Shown one piece after another: positions 21,201 through 28,716 of a DNA stretch of 64,000 nt. The stretch is from IMG/VR virus record IMGVR_UViG_3300002140_000159, positions 1-64,000 of that record. One strand, given 5' to 3'. How positions within the stretch are numbered: the first letter of the stretch is position 1; the number at the start of each line of letters is the position of its first letter. Made by a program: the position numbers and the translations under genes. Source of the DNA: a virus. The notes below the pieces were generated by a model. It saw nothing but the letters and a program-made list of their open reading frames with translations, searched no databases and was not told the DNA's origin.

Positions 21201-24200
21201 ATGAGGCTTTGGAAGCCAACAAAATTAAATTCGGTGCTATGTCTCAATGGGCGGTGGTTGACCAGTACGCCATGGACGGTGGCAGCCACACAGTGACTGA
21301 GGCAGATCGCAAAGAAGCCAGCGATAACCTTAATGCTCTAAGCCCTGTTCGTGCTGCAGCTGACTTACAAGCTTTGAATGATTTTGCTCTTACGATGTTT
21401 GGGGCAGGCGCTGTAAGCACTGTGCCAGATGCGCAGCCAGCAGTTGTTCCTAAAGAAGCAACACTCACGTCGGTGTTTGGCCCACTGGGCACACCTAAGA
21501 TTGCGCCTGATGCTGACTTGGTAGAGTTCTTTGAAGCCAACCCGGAAGCCAGCTTTAAGCGAGTGCTGCAGGGGTTGTTGCGCAAGGTGAGCACGGATGG
21601 CAGCATACCAAATCCGAAGTTCAACACTATGCTGATCAAGTCATTGGTCAAGTTGGTGGATCCAGAACTCCAGGTCAAGTACATCACCAAAGACTCGCCA
21701 GGAGACTTGCCTATCAATGGGCCAGTGATGGGTGCAAGGGGTTGGTTTGCCATGAATGGCACCAAGCAAGAGATCTATGTACTGAGTCCTGAGTTTGTGG
21801 ACTCTGGCTTGACCACAGAGCTGTTGATCCATGAGCTGGTTCATGCAGCTTTAAGCAACATTGTGCAGAGCACAGACAAAGCAGTGCAGCCTTTTATTGC
21901 AGAACTTAATGAGTTGCTTAAAGCTGCACAGACCACAGTTAATGGTGATGCCAAGCTCAAAGCCAAATTTGGAGATGCAGTTACTAGCTTAGATGAGTTA
22001 CTGGCTTGGGGCATGACCAACCAGGCATTCCAAACGGAAGTGCTTGCCAAGATCAATATGCAGTCCACCACACTGGGCAAGATGGCCAATCTTCTGCAAA
22101 TCTTTGTGGCTAACTTGGCTAACATGCTGGGCTTTAAAGATGTAGCTTCTGCTAATGGCTTGGGTGTGTTGATTGCTAATGTCTCTGCTTTGTTTGAACA
22201 AGTAGCTAAGACAGTGCCAGTAGAGCGCAAGCAAGACCCGGTTAACTTGGTCATGGCAACACCTGCTGCAGATCCATCGCTGCAAGCCAAGCTCAACACT
22301 TACAGCACGTTGGATTTACACGACGCACTGAAAGACGGCAAGCTAAGTGTGAACTTTGCCAATCAAGTGCGTGGCTTGCTTAGCAACATTGTTGAAAAGC
22401 TACATGGTCCATTCGGCTCCTTTAGTGCCAGCCTAATGGAAGAGCAAGCACTGTCGGCAGAAGATGTGTACCTCAAGGCGATCAACACGGGAGAAGTCCC
22501 ATTTGCTTCGCAAATACTAGGCTCTGGCTTTGTCGTTCCTGATCAAAGCATGTTCGCCATTGAGCAAATTGAAGCCACTGTGCGAGCCACACTGGAGAGC
22601 AAAGAAGCTTACAGCACGTCAGCCTACAGAGTTTTGTACGCCTTGTACACGGAGATCAAAAACAAGATCAAGGTAGAAGACTTCCATACCGGATCCCCAT
22701 GGAGCCAAGCCACGACTGCGGAGCAGGCGGCAGCGCAGGCGCTTCATGACTTTATCTTTAAGCTTGAAAGTAACAAAGGCCAGCGATCAGATTACCTGTC
22801 TCGCTTTGCTGCTATGGGTCTGGCTCATGAGGGCTTTAACAAGTTGCTGCAAGTGGCGACAGACCGCAGTCGCACAGTCGCCTCTACCAAGAGTTTTGCT
22901 GACCGATTGCAAGCAATCTTTGAGGGCATCTTGGCTTTCTGGAACACCAAGGTTACACACACGTACAAAGGCCAGCAAGCAGATCAAAAGCTGACTATGT
23001 TAGTTGGCCAGCTGGTAGACATTGAAGCCAAGCGTCGCTATAAGTTTGCACATCCACGGACAAGCCCAGTGCTTGATGCCATTGAAGATAAATCAAAAGC
23101 AGCCGCTGATGCACTGCGCAGCAAGATATCTAAGATGGCAGGTGCCCCTGCAGTGTCAGAAAACAAGTATGCCGTTGTACGAGCAGCGGGTGCTTTGGTT
23201 CAGACCGTTGCAGATAACCGGGTTGACTACTTCATGGACAACTTGCGCACCATGCGCAACTCTGCGTTCAAAGGCAAGCTGGGTGTAATTGCATCGACAC
23301 TTGGTGAACTGCAAGGACCAGCTAAAGCTTTGCAAGCCTTGCTGCGTGCGTCCAAGTGGATGGAAGGCCACCGCAAAGACGTGATTACCAACACCGCTAC
23401 GTTTGCGCGTGCTGGTTTTGCTAACCAAGGCAAAGGCATGAGTACGGCTGCCAAGGCGGCTGTCTCTCAAGTGTTCTTGCGTTCTGGCTTGCATCACTTG
23501 GTTGGCAAGTTCAGCATGGCTGAGATTGCTGGGTTAGTCAGCAACACCAGTGAGTTAAACAAAGCCGTGGCCACGTATGAAGCCAAGCTTAGTAGCTTTG
23601 GTAATGCCACCAAATACTTCATTGAGCAAGCCAATGCCCTTGGTATTCAAATTGCCACGGGGGGTGTACGCGGTGAGTTTGAAATGATGAACGCACACAA
23701 CATTGCTAACTTGTACGGCACGGCTTACCAAGGCAAGCTGACTGCAGCGCGTACAGCTGAAGCCAAAGAAGTCATTGAAGTTCTTGTGGCTTTGTATGCG
23801 CTAGGCTACACCGCCAGTGCTGCTCGCCTGGAAGCCTCTACATTGATTGCGATAGAGAACCAGCGTACTGATGGCAACGGTGTGGAGTCTGTACTCAAGC
23901 TGCACAAGCAACTGGAGAAAGAATCTCTGGAGCGTGTCTTTAAAGGTCTGCCTGAGCTAATGGTGCACGGCTACTTGCCTGAGATTTACGACCCCAACAT
24001 TGAAGTAAAAGTGGCTAACGTTGCAGATGGTAAAGACTTGATCAACCTTGGCTACACCAAAGGTGAGCAAGTGGTGTTGGACCGGGCTGATCCAGATCGT
24101 TCTATGCGCCACATGTACGTCCGCGATGGGGGCGGTATGGGTAGACGTGTGTCAGGCATCACGTCCACAAAAAGCTTGAACAGCAAGGGTACAGAAAATC

Positions 24201-25810
24201 ACAGTGGGTACACAAATACCAACACGTTCACTGGTGCACAAAACGCTGCAGCCAATGCGGACTTGATGGCTTCTCGCAAGCAAGCCATTGCTGACATGTT
24301 TACGCCAGGTCCACGCCGTGATCTGTCAAAAGTGAAGGCCAACCACATGGCACCTGTGCTTAATGAGCGGGGTGAGGTTGTGAAGTGGCGCTACATGATG
24401 GCAAACACCACCAAGGACAGCGTACTCAACCGGGACAACAGCTTTGACAAATTGCTGGGTGTTTTGGCTGGCGCTACTTATGACAAGGAAACTTCACGCG
24501 AGCAGAACAAAACAGCCTTCACTGCGCTCAAGGCACAGTATGACGCTGACTATGTCAAGAACCCAGAAGCGTATGTGCTGGTGGGTCAGGGTGCTCTCAC
24601 CAAAGAAATGAAAGAGATTTGGGATCTATTGCCTGCTGACAGCAAAGCTGATGCAAGAGCTATCTGGGGATACGACGGCATGATGGTCAAGAACGACGCT
24701 TTGGACATTATGTTTGGCTACCGCAAAGCGTCACTGGCTAATGCTTTTGCAAAAGATCCAGCGCTGCGCAGTGCACTTGAAAACATATTTGTTGATGTAA
24801 TGGAATGGTCACTGAGCCAACACGGTCGCGCGTTCCAAGGCATGGACCGAGACAAAGCACTGGCTTACGCAAAGATTGCCGCTATCAAGATCACGCGAGG
24901 AGAAAAAGTTTGGCAGGAACTGGTGGGTGAAGTCAAAGACATCTTGGTGGTCAAGACTGGCTTTGTGATGATGGGCAACATCTACTCCAACTTGTCATTG
25001 CTTTGGTTGAATGGTGTACCGATTAAGGATATTCTTAACCATCACTTGGTAGCTTTGAAAGGCGCTACAGCTTACAAACAGGACAGTGCTGAGCTGGCCC
25101 AACTTACGCTACTGCGCGACACTGGTTACATGCAAGGCAAAGATCTTGAAGTGAACCGGCGCATTGCTCGCTTGGAAGACAGCTTAGCAAACAATCCAGT
25201 CAAGGAACTTATTGATCTTGGCTTGATGCCAACCATCGTAGAAGACTTGGCCGCAGACGAAGATATTTACTCTTACAAGAGTGCTTTTGTCAGAATAGTG
25301 AGCAAGTTTACTGACAAGCTCAACCCAACCGTAGTCAAGGCAGCCAGAGTGGCGTACATGGCGCATGACACGCAGCTGTACCAAGGTCTGTCGCGTGTGA
25401 CGCAGTTGTCTGACTTTGTGGCTCGGTACACGCTTTACCAGCACAACATCAACAAGCGCAATCCCATGAGTAAGGAAGATGCTATTCAAGATGCCAGTGA
25501 TGCGTTCATCAACTACGACATTCCGATGCACCAGTCATTGCAGTACATGGATGACATGGGGCTGCTGCCGTTTACCAAGTACTTCCTGCGTATTCAGAAA
25601 GTCCTTGCTAAATTGTTTATGGACAATCCAGCACGGGTGTTGATGGCCATGTCTGTGGGACAGCTTATGGACTTGGGGCCCATCGTTCTGGAGAGTTCTA
25701 TGTTTGGTCGGATAGGCAACAATCCACTAGACGTTGGGCCTTTTAAGCTGCTTACGGTGCTAGATGACATTGCCACTATCAATGCTGCTTTGTCTATCGT
25801 GAAACAGTAA
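15218..25810 (+). CDS. N4-like virion-encapsidated single-subunit RNA polymerase (giant virion protein)
   Basis: 3,530 aa. Motif A is GEVDGVSNGS (D1535). Motif B is RDLLKGPINPLNYGG, matching R-x3-K-x7-YG (R1638, K1642, Y1650). Motif C is NNHDAVG (D1905). Upstream, FFLNQDMWKQQRSGY...NP resembles T7 FPYNMDWRGRVY...NP. Confidence 0.85.
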   Translation: MQDSFDDTMSRISPTPITPEVRLPTVGEVESKYRSLQQASRDKISRLEVRRLQQVAREKAVADSVVGQLGLDPNDTFGALANRGVATYTGVATGAGALASGAANEFARFNRGLADPLVQQAYQRQQWGIANADDLKLLNAPTADRTYLSDSDAAERFANKIDARRAEIATMVAPNKEGIQPTGLPQMAVDGGLSLLKGAIAVPEAAVGLASMVSGGAAGKYLEDAGFRPGEAKDFIESLKSAEMQAASQSVNGAEGFWNTVDQMAENPSTVPHLLLESLFPMLAGGVAARGLQALGAGVKLATAAGEGALMAGSAAEQIRGQTVDKRLSLKQSLAAATTGVMGGTVARLSGGVSGRLGLGDIDEAITKGTLGTSQRGVLTRTGGAAVFEGGEEALQSTGETVLQNFALDKALTEGVGNAAALGMVTGAAMGAPMGLAKGVGEAQQRYQDATKLQDEAIASGDVTALADPAARTYAPEKAIAALTGNAQLATTTEETKQAHLAKADEIVGVLDEKRAALAADLSNKTLKGVTAKIAEMQALLANTDPAKVDKVAGYTRYLDNLQKELPLLQEDKTDGKRTKSLEKELATLDTQIEGVNTAKTQLNQLVEGGTGVEAMLTSLSTPVDQADPVAVEASVATATRVVNLAMSAPQLLDPVRAEEVAADMTNALTAPQRLVLREFSKARLEQNLLISGSAVSRQIYEGGGGNTGIKNYQDRMAVAVRTGNQKQAEEQLDGLGKFEADHRSKAEVAAAAMAKGPGIQIIKANGQWQIGDGSLSQSKARPNGALTINSPKLVSDIQQEAAALTASLSYLTKAYELKFNAPSADASTLTGAENVTNQSQQGQGAQVQSKTPATKDAAPTGGTATSSEGVPATVGTTGGVQAAGVTESAVVEAKSTTVNEETSVSSVKTKSTGVDKKTEITQKTQEAKSTEITADTTVETQANSENSTVESDTAQTIASDGKLSALQQTSPEGTPHDEKKLGDFFTQESGKDSDGSKRPLVEVKNFMAAVAAGTVKIGQYIKDQDLGKDSKLVAWAKFVEKTAQWAPIIARNLKVGANAKFNYDDPIRYLIQAISVNGKSGIDVEDNVKTAMSAAVFGYVADLASRAAANSDKAINSTLGHRPDSPISADARAALTDVGAYQSQVIDSLGSAVIDALGFKIDVNAPQDMLAKLRVSLGAHAFKLMEDRGLLVRTSFTNGEINNLRNEDLFADNEAENSGEETTQISDKVVGHHFYKLARDEAGQPNGEAKEVADSIKGSQSLIQNLFGIESGLSFPSLTPIVGVQKQSNTGMGLPGFVKKVFKLNQTRPWKANKDPLKVLSLFSEEEGMEMSGVEAESEHTHVRNRNSKRAKNDGLAREFRNFMGFMGDLAMGEKGMDQEFFLNQDMWKQQRSGYKNNTVNPNTSKIVRWLIASDSWSTVIDLSNETQLQSFMLRASEGFGIKPEKDASQRSVDALDSMMQDPAMKAAVKALQVVLFTDNAVLSVEQQAAIKAAVKTGNQKLHTLASLIAYAKYQQAIDTKADTFTTNLMGEVDGVSNGSILNAIMYGAAATAEQLNLLLEKGGIYAFALGTQEPRFKGYNLWRGTPGHQDIYESNAQDLHSYVNSMPVESRAVTGAIWATAGSPINAALEATKDGRDLLKGPINPLNYGGGFTSIIGKMAYDYVDTMYEKLEGFSRKGSEQSTVDVFVGNVNVLLRSEGAAQLPVGRPISYYLSRSLSKSQEAALRNAYAATIGAATKEVIGTNFKPFLKRSKLVTQTVALSYGLYEAVYTASRNAMIEELGIPTTKAGPIHDLSKAQEAELAERLKDILPVMHTAMSKDEGNTSNGILLAKKGRKQNNSSAYKVQVSFGSKLKNNASQLTSVGRSVVQEDPGVIAISGTTHALDSAISLDAQNTNHVVNNHDAVGAGINTLAESADSLNKSTWSRTLNYSPLNEAHDALMRVVRGITEMDQRGELTPEMQASIKEMLQKLAKKNRVDKVETLLDTTVFKIFNEALEANKIKFGAMSQWAVVDQYAMDGGSHTVTEADRKEASDNLNALSPVRAAADLQALNDFALTMFGAGAVSTVPDAQPAVVPKEATLTSVFGPLGTPKIAPDADLVEFFEANPEASFKRVLQGLLRKVSTDGSIPNPKFNTMLIKSLVKLVDPELQVKYITKDSPGDLPINGPVMGARGWFAMNGTKQEIYVLSPEFVDSGLTTELLIHELVHAALSNIVQSTDKAVQPFIAELNELLKAAQTTVNGDAKLKAKFGDAVTSLDELLAWGMTNQAFQTEVLAKINMQSTTLGKMANLLQIFVANLANMLGFKDVASANGLGVLIANVSALFEQVAKTVPVERKQDPVNLVMATPAADPSLQAKLNTYSTLDLHDALKDGKLSVNFANQVRGLLSNIVEKLHGPFGSFSASLMEEQALSAEDVYLKAINTGEVPFASQILGSGFVVPDQSMFAIEQIEATVRATLESKEAYSTSAYRVLYALYTEIKNKIKVEDFHTGSPWSQATTAEQAAAQALHDFIFKLESNKGQRSDYLSRFAAMGLAHEGFNKLLQVATDRSRTVASTKSFADRLQAIFEGILAFWNTKVTHTYKGQQADQKLTMLVGQLVDIEAKRRYKFAHPRTSPVLDAIEDKSKAAADALRSKISKMAGAPAVSENKYAVVRAAGALVQTVADNRVDYFMDNLRTMRNSAFKGKLGVIASTLGELQGPAKALQALLRASKWMEGHRKDVITNTATFARAGFANQGKGMSTAAKAAVSQVFLRSGLHHLVGKFSMAEIAGLVSNTSELNKAVATYEAKLSSFGNATKYFIEQANALGIQIATGGVRGEFEMMNAHNIANLYGTAYQGKLTAARTAEAKEVIEVLVALYALGYTASAARLEASTLIAIENQRTDGNGVESVLKLHKQLEKESLERVFKGLPELMVHGYLPEIYDPNIEVKVANVADGKDLINLGYTKGEQVVLDRADPDRSMRHMYVRDGGGMGRRVSGITSTKSLNSKGTENHSGYTNTNTFTGAQNAAANADLMASRKQAIADMFTPGPRRDLSKVKANHMAPVLNERGEVVKWRYMMANTTKDSVLNRDNSFDKLLGVLAGATYDKETSREQNKTAFTALKAQYDADYVKNPEAYVLVGQGALTKEMKEIWDLLPADSKADARAIWGYDGMMVKNDALDIMFGYRKASLANAFAKDPALRSALENIFVDVMEWSLSQHGRAFQGMDRDKALAYAKIAAIKITRGEKVWQELVGEVKDILVVKTGFVMMGNIYSNLSLLWLNGVPIKDILNHHLVALKGATAYKQDSAELAQLTLLRDTGYMQGKDLEVNRRIARLEDSLANNPVKELIDLGLMPTIVEDLAADEDIYSYKSAFVRIVSKFTDKLNPTVVKAARVAYMAHDTQLYQGLSRVTQLSDFVARYTLYQHNINKRNPMSKEDAIQDASDAFINYDIPMHQSLQYMDDMGLLPFTKYFLRIQKVLAKLFMDNPARVLMAMSVGQLMDLGPIVLESSMFGRIGNNPLDVGPFKLLTVLDDIATINAALSIVKQ

Positions 25811-25863
25811 ATGCTGCTGGGCTACACAGTAAAACTGATTTAAGTCTTGCTGTGTAATTATCA

Positions 25864-26346
25864 TTACTTACTAAGCGACAGTCCGCTGGTTATCAAATAG
25901 TTAATGATTTCATTGAGAGACTTTCGGCCAAGATTAGGTATTTTAAGCAATCTCGCTTCTGTCCATGATAGGAGCGTGGCCAGGTCATTTATGTTTTCTG
26001 CTTGAAGGCAGAGTAGAGTCCGCCTATTCAACGGCAGATCTGCGACAAGAATATTGAGTTCAAGTGATGCCGTCTTGATTGGATAAGTCATCACTTGCCA
26101 ATACGCTCTCCATGCTACGTCACAACCGTTCTGGTGTCTGTTTATAAACTCAATAGACCACTGCTGGTCACGTCTCCATTCATTTAAAGAAAGTGGAATA
26201 GCGCGGTCAAGAAATCTTCCTTCTGGTTGTATTGCACTACCGTGCCTGATTTTGCTCGCTGCGCGTTTAAAAACAACAGGGTCAAATTTATCCCCCCGTA
26301 GAGCAGACATCATGGTTGCGTATTCGGTTGGGCCAAGGGGGCTCAT
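25864..26346 (-). CDS. RNA polymerase alpha-subunit C-terminal-domain (alpha-CTD)-like protein
   Basis: C-terminal LPLNRRTLLCLQAENINDLATLLSWTEARLLKIPNLGRKSLNEIINYLITSGLSL aligns by eye with E. coli RpoA [55 protein letters not shown]. Confidence 0.75.
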   Translation of the reverse strand: MSPLGPTEYATMMSALRGDKFDPVVFKRAASKIRHGSAIQPEGRFLDRAIPLSLNEWRRDQQWSIEFINRHQNGCDVAWRAYWQVMTYPIKTASLELNILVADLPLNRRTLLCLQAENINDLATLLSWTEARLLKIPNLGRKSLNEIINYLITSGLSLSK

Positions 26347-26702
26347 GTGTGTATCCTTGTTGTGAGGGTTTGTTGTCTATAACAATCAGTTTGCTACTAT
26401 AAGAGCTGCTGGGCAGCAGCTGGTAATAGGCTTGTGCGTGCTCCTTGCCCAAGGGATAGCAGCCTATTATCAAAAAAGTGCTGTCTCTCCAGCTGTCATA
26501 CGAGACATGTTGCACTGTCGCTCGCAGAGCCTTGGACCTTTGTGAGGCGTGGGGATGCTCATGCTGGCAGATCGTATATTGCCGCTGCTTGGTAGTCTGA
26601 TAAGTTGATGGATCTACAGGTAGCTCAAATCAGCTTTTTAGATCATAAGGAGGAGCAATGTCACTTGCTGCAAAGAGGATGCCCTTTGCTCTGTAGAACC
26701 AT

Positions 26703-26737
26703 CAGATAAGCGGACTAACATCTAGTCTGCTTATCTG
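26703..26737. repeat. 15-bp-arm inverted repeat (one G-T pair) with 5-nt spacer
   Basis: CAGATAAGCGGACTA-ACATC-TAGTCTGCTTATCTG, in a 430-bp noncoding region. Confidence 0.7.
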
Positions 26738-26776
26738 AGGGCCCCAGTCTTTCCTGGGTGTCAGACTTTTGGTAGC

Positions 26777-26980
26777 TTAGTCTTTGCTTTTGCTTTTAGA
26801 AAAGTCGCCTTCAAAGAACGCCCGTAGTCCTGATGCTGTAAACAAGACAATGGATGTAAGTGAAAACAAAAGCCCTATGGCCACACCAACTGCAAGGAAA
26901 AGGATGCCTCCGCTTGCAAGTACAGTCAGTATGGCAATTGCTGCTATCAAGTAGCCAATTCCTTTTAGTACGCTAACCAC
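26777..26980 (-). CDS. small membrane protein (2 TM)
   Basis: 67 aa with two hydrophobic helices. Confidence 0.55.
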   Translation of the reverse strand: MVSVLKGIGYLIAAIAILTVLASGGILFLAVGVAIGLLFSLTSIVLFTASGLRAFFEGDFSKSKSKD

Positions 26981-26989
26981 TGTAAAAAC

Positions 26990-27319
26990 TTAACTAAACA
27001 AGCTGCTAGTTTTTACGGGCTCTACTGACTTAGTCGCTTCTGCTTCAGTTGTGGGTTCTGTCTTACCCTGCTGCAAGGCAGGGGTCGATGAAACCATACT
27101 CAAGACAGCTGCTTTGGGAGCAGTTGCTTCGTCATCGTCAGCTCCTGCAAAGTCAGGTAATGCGTTTTCTTCGATGTCTATCTCTGCAGAGATGCCGCTT
27201 TCCTTGCGGCCAGCGGTGAAGGTGACAGTTACTTCCTTGCCCCACAAGTCGATGCCTTGCGAGGTGATGAACTGTTTAAGTGCAGCGATGATTTCGGTTT
27301 GCTTTAGTTGAATCTGCAT
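26990..27319 (-). CDS. hypothetical protein
   Basis: 109-aa ORF in the operon. Structured N-terminal half and an acidic, disordered C-terminal half. Confidence 0.55.
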   Translation of the reverse strand: MQIQLKQTEIIAALKQFITSQGIDLWGKEVTVTFTAGRKESGISAEIDIEENALPDFAGADDDEATAPKAAVLSMVSSTPALQQGKTEPTTEAEATKSVEPVKTSSLFS

Positions 27320-27328
27320 TGTTTTCCT

Positions 27329-27913
27329 TTAAGTGGCGGCCATAAATGGCAGCATTTGTTTGAACGAATTACAGGTCATACCTGCGTAAATTGTGGCTAC
27401 GGCATCGGCTTGGTGCTCCGCTTTCGCTTCGCTTACCAAGCTCTTGCCGTTTTGTTTATAAGTTGGCCAGTTGGCTTCAGGATGCTTAGACATAGCCCAG
27501 GCAATCATTTCTTGCTTGGTAGCCGTCTTGCTGCCAGCCCCAGCGAGTTTGACTTCGCTAGGGGTGACTTCAAAGAACGGAATGCCATTGGCCCTCAATG
27601 CTCCCAGGACGCCAACACAGATGCCGTAGGAGGCCATAGCGCGAGCAGACTGACTGCCCACAGGAACTTCTACGAAAACTGCATCAGCGCCCCTTACGGC
27701 GGCTATGGCACCTTCGTACAGCTGACTGGCAGACGCTAGGTCCAGCGAGTTCTGGCGCACCTGCTTGCCTTTGGGAAGGTCAGGGCAGGTGAGCGCCAGC
27801 TCGTTGACAGTTAGCTTCTGGGTCGCGGTATCAAAGGTAGCCACTGCCAAGCCCCAGTTTCTAAGGCTGGGGTCGCAGCCAACAAACTTCAGCTTACGAC
27901 TGGGTTTGACCAT
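27329..27913 (-). CDS. RuvC-like Holliday junction resolvase
   Basis: Acidic residues in RuvC-like order: FVGCDPS (D), VFVEVP (E), EHQADAVA (D). Confidence 0.55.
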   Translation of the reverse strand: MVKPSRKLKFVGCDPSLRNWGLAVATFDTATQKLTVNELALTCPDLPKGKQVRQNSLDLASASQLYEGAIAAVRGADAVFVEVPVGSQSARAMASYGICVGVLGALRANGIPFFEVTPSEVKLAGAGSKTATKQEMIAWAMSKHPEANWPTYKQNGKSLVSEAKAEHQADAVATIYAGMTCNSFKQMLPFMAAT

Positions 27914-28196
27914 GCGCTTGTACGTCTGAAGGTGCTTCCATTTCAGCTACAAAAGGTAGCTTGCCCAACTCACCTAGAGCTACGTTCAAGCCAAAGATAA
28001 AGCCCTTGTGGTACTCGCCCACCAATGGTGTATCTTGGCCTTCCAGCTCAATCTCGACGCCGGTATCAGGAATTGTTAGCAGGTGCTGGAGCACCTTAAC
28101 GCGTTCCTGATGCCAGCCGGTGAGGTGGTGGACGAACTGATCCAGGTCTTCGATCTGGACGGTATCGGGTTTGTTGGTTTCTGCTGTTGCAGTCAT
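27894..28196 (-). CDS. hypothetical protein
   Basis: 100-aa ORF translationally coupled on both sides. Confidence 0.5.
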   Translation of the reverse strand: MTATAETNKPDTVQIEDLDQFVHHLTGWHQERVKVLQHLLTIPDTGVEIELEGQDTPLVGEYHKGFIFGLNVALGELGKLPFVAEMEAPSDVQAHGQTQS

Positions 28197-28702
28197 TCCA
28201 CGATCCTCCAGTCTTCGGCCAGTATGTCGCTCTGACTGGCAAGCCAGCCTGGCAGCATGGCGCGGCGACCTTCAGCGTTCACCGTCCACATGTCAATGTG
28301 GGGAAGGATCTCGCATTCGTCCTTGCCAGGCAACGCTTTAGCGTAGGCTGAGCCATCGCTCAAAGTTGCCGAAGGTGTGCCTGCAATGAGAATCAGCCAC
28401 ATGCCTTTGCCATTCCAGCCGGAACGGGCTACCTTTTGGCCCATCTTCAAAGCTTCGATTGCAAGCCCAAAAGTCATGTCTTCGATCGGGCGGTAAGCAC
28501 GATCAAATACCTCTTTTGGGCTCCAGCTGATGTAGCCTTTGTGGCCAGAGTGGTTGCCCACACCGCCGTCCAGGTACTCGACCAGGTAGCCTTCGTCACC
28601 TCCAAATTCATTGTCCGGCAGTTTCCAGCCGCGATAGCTGTTGTAAGCCTCGCGTGTCATGCCCAATGCGCTTATCAGTTTGGTGCCGATGAATTTTTTC
28701 AT
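28193..28702 (-). CDS. DUF2829 (Tad2-like) domain protein with N-terminal phage domain
   Basis: MTFGLAIEALKMGQKVARSGWNGKGMWLIL ... GWLASQSDILAEDWRIVE matches the DUF2829 signature as I remember it. Confidence 0.7.
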   Translation of the reverse strand: MKKFIGTKLISALGMTREAYNSYRGWKLPDNEFGGDEGYLVEYLDGGVGNHSGHKGYISWSPKEVFDRAYRPIEDMTFGLAIEALKMGQKVARSGWNGKGMWLILIAGTPSATLSDGSAYAKALPGKDECEILPHIDMWTVNAEGRRAMLPGWLASQSDILAEDWRIVE

Positions 28703-28716
28703 TTTGGTGCCTGCGC

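Noticed and set aside
26288-26515. 75-aa minus-strand ORF upstream of the alpha-CTD-like gene
   Set aside because: It overlaps the start of the better-supported gene out of frame, has no RBS and has low-complexity composition. The region is treated as noncoding leader.
26658-26696. 12-codon + strand mini-ORF with perfect AAGGAGG spacing as a real protein gene
   Set aside because: It is too short to judge and lies on the strand opposite to all its neighbours. It is kept only as part of the structured-region finding.
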